64,000 nucleotides of DNA from Nitrosopumilus sp. (GTDB lineage: Archaea > Thermoproteota > Nitrososphaeria > Nitrososphaerales > Nitrosopumilaceae), in assembly GCA_965204345.1 (NCBI GenBank), contig OZ241981.1:1696001-1760000 (forward strand), read 5' to 3'. Below, piece by piece: positions 40,901 to 49,489 of the stretch. The translations under genes and the position numbers were made by a program. The first letter of the stretch is position 1, and the number at the start of each line of letters is the position of its first letter. Under the pieces are notes generated by a model, which saw only the letters and a list, made by a program, of their open reading frames with translations, ran no database searches and was not told the DNA's origin.

Positions 40901-42966
40901 AAATGAGGAACAAAATCAGCCCAACCTTCGCTCCATGCACATGCAGGGTTCGTTGTTGGGAGACTAAAATAATGAAATCGCTCACCGATATCATCAAAAT
41001 CGCGATCACCGTTTCTATCAGTGTAACATTCACCTCTCCTAACGCCTTCTAGAGTATCTCCAATGGCTATATCGTCAATATGGTGGCCAAATTCATGTAA
41101 TATTATAAGTAGATCCAAATGATGATTCCTATCATCGTCAAGACGGATCTTGTTAGTGTGTAGATACTTAGTGTCCTGTTGCCAACCAGGTTCCCAATAT
41201 ACAGTAAGACGTGCATTATGAATACCATGATGACTAAAAAAATCACGGCCATCAGAGATCGCATTGATTATACCGGCTGCCTCTGCATTATTGCCATTCA
41301 ATTCAAAATCATACATTCTTGTATCCTGACTAAAGTTCAAAACTCCAGTAGATCGTATTTCATAAACATTTTCAGACATGTCTTGCAAAACTAAACGATT
41401 TGCGCCCCTAGAAATAATTTTGATAACTAGATCAATATTTGATGCATCAGAAGGATCATCGTTTTGGATAGAATCTATGTGATATTCTCCCCTGTTGGAT
41501 GTAAATGTGCAGGCCTCTTCACCCTCAATTGTAAGCAATACAGCAGTCTCTGTACCGTCAGATTCAGAATAATCATAGGCACAGACTTCTATCCCGTTGA
41601 CGGGTTGCGTGGTGTGGGAAAAATAAAGTGGAGCAGATACGGTGCCTTCAATGGAAAAAGTGTTGGAAGAAGAGTCTTCTTCTGCTGCTGAACCATCAGA
41701 CGTCTCCTGAGTTGCAGCTACGGGGAATGCTGGGGCAGCAGAGGCATCTGTGGGGGAGCCATATGCTGCTGCTGTTGTTGTTGCCGTTACTGCACCATCA
41801 GACATATCCTGAGGGCCAGTATATTCTGTCTCGTATCTCTCCATTATATCAGCTTTTTGCGCCTCCGTGAAATTAGAGTGACCCAAAATAATTTTTACAT
41901 CATCCAATGGAAGAGATTTATCAACAAGCCATCCAATTAAATCATCATTGACTTTGCCAATATCACTGAGAACTATCTCGCCCAAAAGTCGCAGGTGGTT
42001 GGCATATATTTGAGCTACTCTTTCCTCCGTCAAATCCTCATTAACTATCTCATCTTTGGGTCCTGGCTTATTGCCGAGTCTGCTATCTTTTTGAGGTGCA
42101 AAAGATTCAGGACTAGATTCCCTAGCTAAAATGTCGTGATCCAAAAACGTGTGTCCCTCATCCATATACTTATTTTCTGGCATAGAATGTTCATTAGATA
42201 TTGCAAGGTAGACACCGCCACTAGATTCTAAAGGATCAAAGCGCAGCGCATCAATTTCAATAAATCCCTCCTCTAGAATTTTTATAGTAACCATCACGGT
42301 ATAAGCCCTACCCGGCACGGGATCATCTACTACATATCCAATATCATTATCAAATGAATCAAAGCTGGTTGGATCATCAGAGCCGGCATTTGTTGTGGCA
42401 TTATAAAACTGAACTTTGTCATCGGGATTGGCAAATACTTTTAGTGTGAATGGTTCCATGTATGGTTCAAAATTTGTATTGTCAGTATAGACACCGGTAA
42501 AATTTACCACAGCAGTCTGACCCACCTTGGGTGATTCTGACAGGTCTAAAGAATAACTGTGTATAAGAATTCCAGGTGATGATAACATTGAAGATTCTTT
42601 GTAATCGGCAATAATCTGCTTTTCTTTGTCAGTAAATACATGCGTGTCTGTCTGGCTTGTGATCTTTTCATTTAAAGGTTCATTGGCTTTTTGGGATGTT
42701 TCTGGTGTGTATATCGTGGCATAGCTGCTGTTGCTGCTGCCCCTGTCTGCTAATTTCATGGCAGAATCACCGGTTAGGCAAACGGGATTGCCTGCAAGAG
42801 TCACCATCAAAAGCTTGCCGCCATCACACTGAATTCCATCTATTGGTATGCCTGCATGATACTGTTCCAGTGGCGAGTCCGGGGTTGCAGCATGTGCTGG
42901 CATCATCACTGCCATCATCATTACGGTAACCAAAACCAAAAATCCAGATACTGCAATTCCTGCCAT
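34984..42966 (-). CDS. Giant secreted/surface HExxH metalloprotease-like protein with HYR and many Ig-like repeats; paralog of 8570-15337
   Basis: Start MAGIAVS at 42966 matches the paralog; ILHEFGHH plus AWSEGWADF; tandem DAAGN/DFAGN Ig repeats; Gly24 linker; different C-terminus. Confidence 0.8.
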   Translation of the reverse strand: MAGIAVSGFLVLVTVMMMAVMMPAHAATPDSPLEQYHAGIPIDGIQCDGGKLLMVTLAGNPVCLTGDSAMKLADRGSSNSSYATIYTPETSQKANEPLNEKITSQTDTHVFTDKEKQIIADYKESSMLSSPGILIHSYSLDLSESPKVGQTAVVNFTGVYTDNTNFEPYMEPFTLKVFANPDDKVQFYNATTNAGSDDPTSFDSFDNDIGYVVDDPVPGRAYTVMVTIKILEEGFIEIDALRFDPLESSGGVYLAISNEHSMPENKYMDEGHTFLDHDILARESSPESFAPQKDSRLGNKPGPKDEIVNEDLTEERVAQIYANHLRLLGEIVLSDIGKVNDDLIGWLVDKSLPLDDVKIILGHSNFTEAQKADIMERYETEYTGPQDMSDGAVTATTTAAAYGSPTDASAAPAFPVAATQETSDGSAAEEDSSSNTFSIEGTVSAPLYFSHTTQPVNGIEVCAYDYSESDGTETAVLLTIEGEEACTFTSNRGEYHIDSIQNDDPSDASNIDLVIKIISRGANRLVLQDMSENVYEIRSTGVLNFSQDTRMYDFELNGNNAEAAGIINAISDGRDFFSHHGIHNARLTVYWEPGWQQDTKYLHTNKIRLDDDRNHHLDLLIILHEFGHHIDDIAIGDTLEGVRRGECYTDRNGDRDFDDIGERFHYFSLPTTNPACAWSEGWADFVPHLVTNSSLGRDTVFNTNLERHRESIFLAQPTHTGSLNGPLYGQLVEGRVAAALWDIKDHNVDRIHDNLEYSRNGNNLDNLQLGDDEIMDVIRNNPIGTFEDFYKAWERAGYDSSYDIMRLHHMEFAIPNVPTPSSNIMTDSFDTFNNWFLGAYWQEFDPRFPLDFNPWFYAGRGNWEIAPDEDNPSNMLASSQNCDIRCIMTLNLPLDTEGRLEVSFNRYLDSRLDGREGLYVQYLTDSGWVTLRAYTGIRDANDMWVSESLILSIPQSHTLLRFVALSNANGEFVRIDDLNIEPFVNPLMIEPIDDIHLRQGQGYTLTVPYPPDVDNVPVILIFPSEESAPTALTRPNGDGTVSYIIRTDHLPAGTYPITLTARSGPYTATETFRIIITSDDDNTGPPDTTNPVIIAPADLTVEATGILTPVNIGTATATDNADPSPAITNDAPDNFPLGPTIVTWTATDAAGNTATATQTITVQDTTPPSSSVTSLNTDVTDPTNSEAIQFTATFSSGVTGFIADDIVVTIDGVTATPPGNLITTFAGTGAEYTFTVTHGITTEGLLTVTIPADVAAEGNTASNTSTLTVDRISPGVTITPVDGTTTGDDPVTFTATFTEDVRGLVLGDITVRGTANNRSPAASNLLGSGSTYTFDVARGVTDGTVTASIGAGDVTDFAGNPNTASAPVTVTIDTTVPSVSLSTSASDPTNSEAIQFTATFDGNVTQFIRDDIVVTIDGTETPGLISAFAGTGAEYTFTVTHGITTGGQLTVTIPADVTAEGNTASNTSTFTVDRISPGVTITPDDGTTTNDDPVTFTATFTEDVVFNLDDITVTGTANGGSPVADNLGGSGSTYTFDVARGVTDGTVTASIAANALTDAAGNNNEASNSVTVTIDTIPLAVSVTTTADDFTNLTTVLFTATFNKDVDFNLDDITVTGTANATNPEASNVQSVNARIYNFEVLRGTTDGTVTASIAANALTDAAGNNNEASNSVTVTIDTLAPTVSVTSSAGSSTGLDTVPFRIEFNDDVRNFELEDITVEGTANGGTLTASGFETVNARIYNFNVAGISGDGTVIVSIAANVATDFAGNNNTASTPVTVTIDTTVPSVSLSTDVTDPTNSEAIEFTATFDGDVTQFIRDDIVVTIDGTDTSGLISAFAGTGADYTFTVTHGITTGGLLTVTIPAGVAAGGNTASNTSTFTVDMVDPTVTITPDDGTTTNDDPVTFTATFDEDIENFDLEDITVTGTANGGTPTASNINGEGSVYTFNVARGSTDGTVTVSIGAGMAADLAGNPNEASDLVTITISTTGDEIEADIPSGGDGGVVTYEPSSNLITLNVVSDTLPDTIIATDGQLLDFSATPTFADDAASGVKSVRISDSTTEVITDVSDSQTVSVTYPAGIVVNGSSNDWSGTIAVPTLVTAGTAVDPPTPNDEIGLAFSVGDGNTRLTFDQAVRLLLPGQADHEGAFFSGEDTDGNVVSRSLVVCPFVPVNQTTANDNIGAGTALESCFVRDAPDMIIWTTHFSSFGSFSTVPVEPTPSTPSSSRSGGGGGGGGGGGGGGGGGGGGGGGGASSFSGSSVANNASGAVLYDVQWDVCEANTINVIAGPVTDNLSVKLRTNAGIITAERSDEQPYLGRISFDAGLSPNESFVRVHVENIAARGVSTDSKSFNLTECSGSVSVNTYELSSSPVITGGSAAVTPDLSSKKVDFSDDIIMPGPTQVQTPDLVREFINDFADITNVNTGMKLTEFQTLQSNPDRYAETVLGISGQTVTTVALVDRPGSEESNNNNNNNNSPNLFLQISSSDEQINSMRGVLLGGDTIEIVAGDKSKITVPTSAEIAIASGDANVAVSQKSSMKINDKSTQTDLPDVLREFLNTNIEFTNEDTGEALTQYVVLQSVPDVFAERELGIPGQTVTTIAFPDRYGREDSNDDLNVFVQFTHTDEQVNSLRGIQQGGNAISVSTNGAEQGTLTQTVEIPLG
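36217..36288. repeat. Hexanucleotide tandem repeat (ACCGCC)x12 encoding Gly24
   Basis: Uninterrupted ccaccg run in the sequence. Confidence 0.9.
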
Positions 42967-43012
42967 AGATAGTATGTGTGGGATGCTTGTTCTTAAAAAA
43001 TGATTTGTAGAG

Positions 43013-43054
43013 GTTCTGGTAAATTTTGGTGTTCCATGCCACAAATCACAAATC
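43013..43054. repeat. 42-bp direct repeat, copy 2
   Basis: Matches 34741-34782. Confidence 0.85.
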
Positions 43055-43082
43055 GTTTATTTATTCATCAATTGTTTTCTAA

Positions 43083-43541
43083 ATGTTGTGGAAACTAGAA
43101 TCAGACGAGGATTTTTTTCGAATATACGATTCAAAAAAACTGGTTGCAGGATATTTTGATCCTGACTATGGTGATATTTTTTCCAAAAAGAATTCTGAGG
43201 AAATAATTTCATCCATGCTGAAGAACCGTGATAAGGTTCCGGGTGGGATAGTTATGGTTCCCCTTGTCAAATTTAATCTGTTTGATACTGATTTAAACAC
43301 CGGCTTGGATAATGTTGAATCTCAAGTATCTAGGGTACATGAGCACTTGCAAAAATGGAGAGTTTTTCTATCAGAGACACATCATCAAACCCACTCAATT
43401 AGGATTTCTCATACTGATCAAGACATGCTCACCATCGCATTTCCTATAAAATTTTCAAAACCTACCCCCCTTGAGAAGACATCCTTGATGGACGAACTTT
43501 TTACAATTTTGGAAACACTACAGCAGTCTGATTTGTTATAA
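43083..43541 (+). CDS. Hypothetical protein
   Basis: 152-aa ORF (AGYFDPDYG, IRISHTDQDML). Confidence 0.7.
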   Translation: MLWKLESDEDFFRIYDSKKLVAGYFDPDYGDIFSKKNSEEIISSMLKNRDKVPGGIVMVPLVKFNLFDTDLNTGLDNVESQVSRVHEHLQKWRVFLSETHHQTHSIRISHTDQDMLTIAFPIKFSKPTPLEKTSLMDELFTILETLQQSDLL

Positions 43542-43553
43542 CCTGATATTCAC

Positions 43554-44243
43554 TTATGGCATGTGGTCTTTTTCCCATTTTTCTGCGTCATTTACACAGT
43601 TGAACCATTGAATCTCTATCTGCTCTGTATCAAATTCCCCTGCATTGTTTTTAAATTCCAAATCACATTCCTGTTTCATGTTGTTTGAAATTTGAAGTAC
43701 TTTTTGCCTGATAATTTTATCTGGCTCTGAAAATTTCTCATCTTCGTCATAATTCTTTATGCCCTTTTTGGCTAGCTGAAATTCTCCCAATCCTAGATTC
43801 TCATACTCGTATGCTTCTTGAATTTGTGCATCTGATCTTATTTTTGCTGATTCATCGCCTGTCGCAATCCATTTAATCCATTCAATGTCGCTTTTCATTT
43901 GGGTTTGAGATGAAAGCTTGAACAGATCTACTGCGCCTTGAAATGTTTCTGGCGGGGTCAAGTCGTCGTATCTTGAAATTATTCTTTCAAATTCCTTCAA
44001 GTGAGTCTCATAATATTCTAGCAACTCTTCCTTTGAAATATCCCCCTCATCTAACTTAATTTTCTCAGAATAGAACCTTGTTTGCAGCTCTATTACCTCT
44101 TGCTGAATTTGTGACAATTCGTTTCCAAACTGCAATCCTTTCTGTTTGGTCTGATCAACTGAATAATTGTACGCTATAATTGATCCAATGATAAGGGTGG
44201 CAACTACTATAATGACGATGTTTTGAACTTTATTTTTTTTCAA
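43554..44243 (-). CDS. Membrane-anchored helical hypothetical protein
   Basis: N-terminal TM segment, then a coiled-coil-like region. Confidence 0.75.
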   Translation of the reverse strand: MKKNKVQNIVIIVVATLIIGSIIAYNYSVDQTKQKGLQFGNELSQIQQEVIELQTRFYSEKIKLDEGDISKEELLEYYETHLKEFERIISRYDDLTPPETFQGAVDLFKLSSQTQMKSDIEWIKWIATGDESAKIRSDAQIQEAYEYENLGLGEFQLAKKGIKNYDEDEKFSEPDKIIRQKVLQISNNMKQECDLEFKNNAGEFDTEQIEIQWFNCVNDAEKWEKDHMP

Positions 44244-44530
44244 AGATAATCTACGTAATTTCCATTCTCATCTAATTTTAATTCAATTGTGAACTCTGTA
44301 CCGCTGATAAATGAGTCATTGCGCGTTGTTCTCACTCTGCCTATGACCAGCTCATATGGCCAAATTTCTACTACTATTGCGCCCACAGATGCTGTGGGAG
44401 TTTCAGTGATGGTCATGTCTTTACGCTTTATTCCGTGTTTTTCTAACATGTGTATGGCGTGATCCAACAACGGCTCTGGATTATTGTAATTTAATACCCA
44501 AACAGTTCCTTCATAGTCAATCTTTTGCAA
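44240..44530 (-). CDS. Hypothetical protein
   Basis: 96-aa ORF overlapping the next gene by 4 nt. Confidence 0.65.
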   Translation of the reverse strand: MQKIDYEGTVWVLNYNNPEPLLDHAIHMLEKHGIKRKDMTITETPTASVGAIVVEIWPYELVIGRVRTTRNDSFISGTEFTIELKLDENGNYVDYL

Positions 44531-44562
44531 TTTGACACAGTCCTGATTTACTCATATAACAA

Positions 44563-44796
44563 TTATTCGGGATTTATGACATTTAACGTCATGGTGCTTA
44601 CTACTCTTGAGAGTTTTCTAATGGATGCAATCACCTTTTCAAATCCTTCCTGGCTTTCTGCCTGAATTTCTGCAATTACATCATATGCTCCAAAAGTAAG
44701 ATATGCGTTACTGATATCTTCCACCTGCCTTAACTTCTCTACGATGTATTCTTCTGCTCCTAGGTCACAATTTAATAAAATAAATCCTTTATGCAT
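44563..44796 (-). CDS. Lrp/AsnC ligand-binding domain protein
   Basis: GFILLNCDLGAE...TFGAYDVIAE...VVSTMTL. Confidence 0.85.
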   Translation of the reverse strand: MHKGFILLNCDLGAEEYIVEKLRQVEDISNAYLTFGAYDVIAEIQAESQEGFEKVIASIRKLSRVVSTMTLNVINPE

Positions 44797-44846
44797 TACT
44801 TTACCTTAATTAATTAACAGGGTTCAAGTCTTTAAGTTTTACACTA

Positions 44847-46175
44847 TTACCATCTGCTACGTCCACCGTAGCTGTTTCTGCTGCCCTCTCTATCCCCGTA
44901 TCTTTTTCGTCCACCCCCGCCTCCTCTGCTATCCCTTGGGTTTCGGCCTCTTTCTGATCTTCCATATCTGCTGGAGCGGCCTCCTCTTGAGTAGTTGGAT
45001 CTTGACTGTCCGCCGTATCTTCTTGATGGCGTCTGCCTTTTTAGCGGATCTGGAATTGAAATCTGAATTCCCATCTCCTGGTTCAAATCTTTAATTGGCA
45101 CCTTGATTTGACGCTTGACTAAATTCCAATCGCCTACTGATGAATATGAAACAAACGTTATTGCCCTTCCTTTTGCCCCTGCTCTTGCAGTCCTTCCAAT
45201 TCTGTGAAAGTATGCCATCTCCTGATTGGGTACGTCATAATTTACCACTAATTCCACCCTTGGAACGTCAATTCCTCTTGACGCTACATCTGTTGCAACG
45301 AGGATATCTGCCTTGCCACTTCTAAATTTGCCCATGGACTGCTCCCTTCTGTGCTGTGACATGTCTCCTTCAATGGCCACTGCATTGAATTTTTCTTGAT
45401 GCAAGAACTTTGCAACATCTCTTGTTCTATATTTTGTTGAACAAAATACAATGGACTGTCCTTTGATGGGCTTTATGAAGTCAATCAGATACTTGAATTT
45501 GTCTCTGTCTTTGATTACCAGATATGACTGGTCTATTCCCTCCCCGCTGAGATCGTCTGCATCCAGCAGAAACTGTTTTGGGTTATTGAGATACTCTTCT
45601 GACAGCCTTAAGATTTCAGTTGGCATTGTTGCTGAAAACAGTGACATTATTCTGTCTTCTGGGGCCAAATCCAAAATGAATGAAATGTCATCCACAAATC
45701 CCATGTCTAACATGGTATCTGCCTCATCAAGAACAATATGTGAAATGTCCCCAAGTTCAATCGAGCCCCTCTTGAGATGGTCAATTAGCCTACCTGGAGT
45801 TGCGACAACAATTTCTACGCCCCTGTGAAGGGCATCAAGCTGAATTCCCATTCCCTGTCCGCCGTAGACTGTTGCTATTCTAATCCCCGTATGCTTTCCA
45901 AATTTTTTAATTTCATCAGTAATTTGCATTGCCAGTTCTCTTGTAGGTGCCATGATCAATCCCTGAATTCCTTGCTTTGGCTGAATTTCTTGCAGCATTG
46001 ATAGTGCAAACGCTGCTGTTTTTCCAGAACCCGTATGGGCCTGTCCCACTACGTCCCTGCCTGAAAGCAGCACTGGAATTACCGCTTCTTGAATTGGAAA
46101 TGCCTCTTCAAAACCCTGATCCGCAATTCCTTTCAGCACCTCGTCGCTTAATCCTAAATCTTGAAATTTTGTCAT
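44847..46175 (-). CDS. DEAD-box RNA helicase
   Basis: Q motif, AHTGSGKT, PTRELA, DEAD, SAT, HRIGRTAR, Arg/Gly-rich tail. Confidence 0.95.
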   Translation of the reverse strand: MTKFQDLGLSDEVLKGIADQGFEEAFPIQEAVIPVLLSGRDVVGQAHTGSGKTAAFALSMLQEIQPKQGIQGLIMAPTRELAMQITDEIKKFGKHTGIRIATVYGGQGMGIQLDALHRGVEIVVATPGRLIDHLKRGSIELGDISHIVLDEADTMLDMGFVDDISFILDLAPEDRIMSLFSATMPTEILRLSEEYLNNPKQFLLDADDLSGEGIDQSYLVIKDRDKFKYLIDFIKPIKGQSIVFCSTKYRTRDVAKFLHQEKFNAVAIEGDMSQHRREQSMGKFRSGKADILVATDVASRGIDVPRVELVVNYDVPNQEMAYFHRIGRTARAGAKGRAITFVSYSSVGDWNLVKRQIKVPIKDLNQEMGIQISIPDPLKRQTPSRRYGGQSRSNYSRGGRSSRYGRSERGRNPRDSRGGGGGRKRYGDREGSRNSYGGRSRW

Positions 46176-46276
46176 TTTGTTTTCTTCTCTTAAGCAATGA
46201 CGAAAAAGCTCACTGCCTACTCGTCATTATTATGATGCTTAGCCTTGATTTTGGTCTAATAAACGCTTGTTATTCT

Positions 46277-47086
46277 TTATGTATCCAGTTGGGCATCGAT
46301 CACTTTTTTGAAGCTATCAAATGGCTGGGCTCCCTTTAACTCTACAAATCCTATCTGCTCGTTTCCTACAAAGAATCCCGGGGTGCCTGTTACTCCGTAC
46401 TTTCTGCCATCATCGAGATCCTCGCTGATCTCCTCAATGTATTTTCCACTGGTCAAGCAGGAATCAAATGTATCTTGATCTAATTGCATATTTGCAGCAT
46501 ATTGACTGAACAATGACAAGGCATCAGCTGTTTCTATTCTGTTCCATTCGTTTTGTTTTTCAAATAACGCATCGTGCATTTCTTTGAACTTCCCTTGCTC
46601 GTTTGCACATTCTGCTGCAACTGATGCCGGCAGTGCGTTTGGATGGATGCTTTGTATTGGAAAGTCTTTGAATACTAGTTTGACTTTTCCTTCTTTTATG
46701 TATTCGTCCATAATTGATGGCAGAGTTTGAGTGTGGAACCTTGCGCAAAACGGACATTGAAAGTCTGAAAATTCTATGATTGTGATTGGCGCACTTGGAT
46801 CTCCTATGATTGGATCATCATCACCTATGGAAATTTTTACCGGTTCTGCTGGTTGGTTTGTTGGCAGTTGATTCTGCAATAGCTTGAGTTCCAGTTTGGC
46901 CATTGCATCATTGAAATCCTCCTTGGAAATTTGTTCAGAATTTAGATTTGTTGAATATGACCCTGCAAAGAAAGCAGTAATTCCTACCAGCACGATTAAT
47001 CCTATAATTAATCCATTAAAGGTTGATTTCTTTACTGATATCTTTTCATGGGCGTTTTGATTGGTCTCAGAATCATCCAAACTCAT
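46277..47086 (-). CDS. DsbA-family thiol-disulfide oxidoreductase
   Basis: EFSDFQCPFC, GVTGTPGF, GAQPF; N-terminal TM. Confidence 0.92.
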   Translation of the reverse strand: MSLDDSETNQNAHEKISVKKSTFNGLIIGLIVLVGITAFFAGSYSTNLNSEQISKEDFNDAMAKLELKLLQNQLPTNQPAEPVKISIGDDDPIIGDPSAPITIIEFSDFQCPFCARFHTQTLPSIMDEYIKEGKVKLVFKDFPIQSIHPNALPASVAAECANEQGKFKEMHDALFEKQNEWNRIETADALSLFSQYAANMQLDQDTFDSCLTSGKYIEEISEDLDDGRKYGVTGTPGFFVGNEQIGFVELKGAQPFDSFKKVIDAQLDT

Positions 47087-47165
47087 TTCTCTTTATTGAA
47101 AATTTGGCATACTTATTCGTATTGCCAAATCCTTGGCTGTCGCTTTATTTTTAGAAGATAATAAA

Positions 47166-47239
47166 AGCCAATGACGGGATCTGAACCCATGACCTATTGA
47201 TTACAAGTCAATTGCTCTACCAGGCTGAGCTACATTGGC
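47166..47239 (-). tRNA. tRNA-Thr (TGT)
   Basis: GCCAATGTAGCTCAGCCTGGTAGAGCAATTGACTTGTAATCAATAGGTCATGGGTTCAGATCCCGTCATTGGC folds as a cloverleaf with anticodon TGT. Confidence 0.93.
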
Positions 47240-47351
47240 ACGAAATAAAATGCCTTTTTTGAAGGTTTAAAGTGTTACCTGTGGGCTGATTGAAAACTAT
47301 TTTTTTTATCAAAATTCACCAAATTTACCGTCAGTTTATAATATTGCACTT

Positions 47352-47588
47352 TTGATAACTGATATGCGCTATATCGAACCAACCCGAGTTAAGGTTTTGA
47401 TGATGATGTTTTTTGCAACCGGTTCCATTGGCATTGTCATTGGATTGTCCCCGGTTGCAGGACCTCAGCAGACTCTGATTATCACTTTTATGGGTGTTAT
47501 CAATATAGGATTGGGTGCATTTTTCACGTTCCTCTTTCTGACACAAGTTCAGAAAGTCCCTGATAAGAGAAAGAAAAAGAAAAAATGA
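47352..47588 (+). CDS. Small two-TM membrane protein
   Basis: MRYIEPTRVKVL..., two helices, basic tail. Confidence 0.7.
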   Translation: MITDMRYIEPTRVKVLMMMFFATGSIGIVIGLSPVAGPQQTLIITFMGVINIGLGAFFTFLFLTQVQKVPDKRKKKKK

Positions 47589-47677
47589 CCCAATAATCTC
47601 TCTTGTTGGCCTATCTGATTCTTGCAAATATTTCTCAATTAAAGTATAAATAATAATTCTCTTTCATCAACTCAGAA

Positions 47678-48229
47678 ATGCTAGATTTAGTTGCAAAAAG
47701 TCTGTTTCTCACAAAAGGCAAGGGGGTACATGAGGATCGATTAACCAGCTTTGAGTATGCCTTACGGGATGCCGGTATTGCGGGAACCAACCTTGTCTTA
47801 ATTTCAAGTATTTTCCCTCCCCATGCAAAACTTGTTTCTAGAAAGGAAGGGTTAAAGAAAATCTCTCCTGGGCAAATTCTGTTTACGATTTATTCAAAAA
47901 ATCAGACAAATGAACCTCACCGGGTATGCTCTGCATCTGTAGGCCTTGCACAGCCCAAAGACACTAAAAGATATGGATACCTGTCTGAATACGAGTCTTT
48001 TGGACAAAATGAAAATCAGGCCGGTGACTATGCTGAGGATATTGCAGCACAAATGCTTGCATCCTCTCTAGGCATTCCTTTTGATGCTGATAAGGCTTGG
48101 AATGAAAAAAGGCAACAGTGGTCAATATCCGGTGAGATCTACAATACCCATAACATTACTCAAGCTACCAAGGGTGACAAAGATGGCAAGTGGACAACTG
48201 TTTTTGCCGCAGCTGTGCTCTTGTTGTGA
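47678..48229 (+). CDS. pdaD: Pyruvoyl-dependent arginine decarboxylase
   Basis: LTSFEYALRDAGIAGTNLVLISSIFPP (Ser-Ser cleavage site), YGYLSE, WTTVFAAAV. Confidence 0.92.
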   Translation: MLDLVAKSLFLTKGKGVHEDRLTSFEYALRDAGIAGTNLVLISSIFPPHAKLVSRKEGLKKISPGQILFTIYSKNQTNEPHRVCSASVGLAQPKDTKRYGYLSEYESFGQNENQAGDYAEDIAAQMLASSLGIPFDADKAWNEKRQQWSISGEIYNTHNITQATKGDKDGKWTTVFAAAVLLL

Positions 48230-49444
48230 TTATTTTTTGTATCCCTTAAGATAAAACAATGCTGCTGCAATTGCAACTATTGTAATTATCACTACAACCA
48301 TTATTGATTCATCAAATTTTATCTGCGGAGTTTGCAACTGTGTTCCCCCCAAAGAAAACTCTAAATCTTTGCTATTTACTGTGGTTTCTTCTCCAAAAAT
48401 GTATTTTCCCTGAATTTTCTGTCCCTCTTCAGGATCAAAGACCCATCCCTGTCTTGTAATGTCTGTTGGAATTTTTTCGCCGTCTATAATTTGCGTTTGA
48501 ATTATGTTTCCCTTTACATCTGAGACATTCGTGTCCTCAGACGATAATATGACAACTTGAATTATTGAGTTTAATGGATAAAATCCTGAAGAAAAATACT
48601 CTGATCTTTCCATGCTCTCAACTTTGAGAAATTCTAATGGACTAACGTTTAAAATTTCAGGCGCCTTGTTTGGATAGTCTACTGATAATTTTAGCTGTAA
48701 AAGTGATTTTGAGCCTGTTGGTATTACTGAAAACGTCATTTTGGCATTTTCATCAGTTGATAAATTCTTAGCTATGCTGTAAAAACCGCCCTTATCCCTG
48801 ATTACTTTTGGTATGAGTATGCTGGAAATTTTTTCATACATTGAATCTGTATCTTCCATTGGCAACGTGTATACTGCCGAAACCATTCCTCTGCCTGATA
48901 CTAGTCCTGTGGTGTCCAATGCAACATTAGTTCTATCATCACTATGCACAAAAACTGAGTGAAATTCCGCACTGGTATCTAATGCCTGATTTATTTCATC
49001 AATGTACAAATCAGCCATTTCTTTTGTAGAGTCTTGGATTGCTCTGATCTCGTTTAATCCCAGATCTCTCTCCACATTAATCATTACGCATGATTCGTCA
49101 ATTACTCCTAGAACACACTGATCCTGATTTGTAAAAACCACTGCCTTGATTCTGTCATTTTCTCTAATTTTCTTTTCTAGCTCCGCTGGAATTTTAATTT
49201 CTTGAACGCTTGTACTTTGCAATGTTATTGATGCTATTACATTTTGTGATATGCTTTTATCAATAATAATTTGGGCTGATTCCTGGAATGTTGCATGGCC
49301 TATTTCCTGTGAATATGCAACACCTGTTGTAACTGCCATTAGCACAACTAGTGTAAGATACATTGCAATCTTTTGCATAGATTGATTCTCTGAAGATGAA
49401 ATTATTAAATTTATTCCTCTTCTCAAATTCTTTGCTTGGATCAT
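48230..49444 (-). CDS. Surface-exposed hypothetical protein
   Basis: Signal peptide after internal MQKIAM and C-terminal TM anchor. Confidence 0.75.
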   Translation of the reverse strand: MIQAKNLRRGINLIISSSENQSMQKIAMYLTLVVLMAVTTGVAYSQEIGHATFQESAQIIIDKSISQNVIASITLQSTSVQEIKIPAELEKKIRENDRIKAVVFTNQDQCVLGVIDESCVMINVERDLGLNEIRAIQDSTKEMADLYIDEINQALDTSAEFHSVFVHSDDRTNVALDTTGLVSGRGMVSAVYTLPMEDTDSMYEKISSILIPKVIRDKGGFYSIAKNLSTDENAKMTFSVIPTGSKSLLQLKLSVDYPNKAPEILNVSPLEFLKVESMERSEYFSSGFYPLNSIIQVVILSSEDTNVSDVKGNIIQTQIIDGEKIPTDITRQGWVFDPEEGQKIQGKYIFGEETTVNSKDLEFSLGGTQLQTPQIKFDESIMVVVIITIVAIAAALFYLKGYKK

Positions 49445-49489
49445 TTTTTTTAATTTCTTACCAAAAACAGATGCTCTTATAACTAATAT

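Noticed and set aside
13000-41400. Diversity-generating retroelement explaining paralog variation
   Set aside because: No reverse transcriptase in the window, and differences include indels and are not adenine-specific.
42967-43044. ORF-track N-terminal extension of giant protein 2
   Set aside because: Runs through the 42-bp repeat; the paralog starts at MAGIAVS.
47166-47239. tRNA-Thr as an integration site
   Set aside because: No duplicated tRNA 3' end noticed, and the flanking genes look like core genes.
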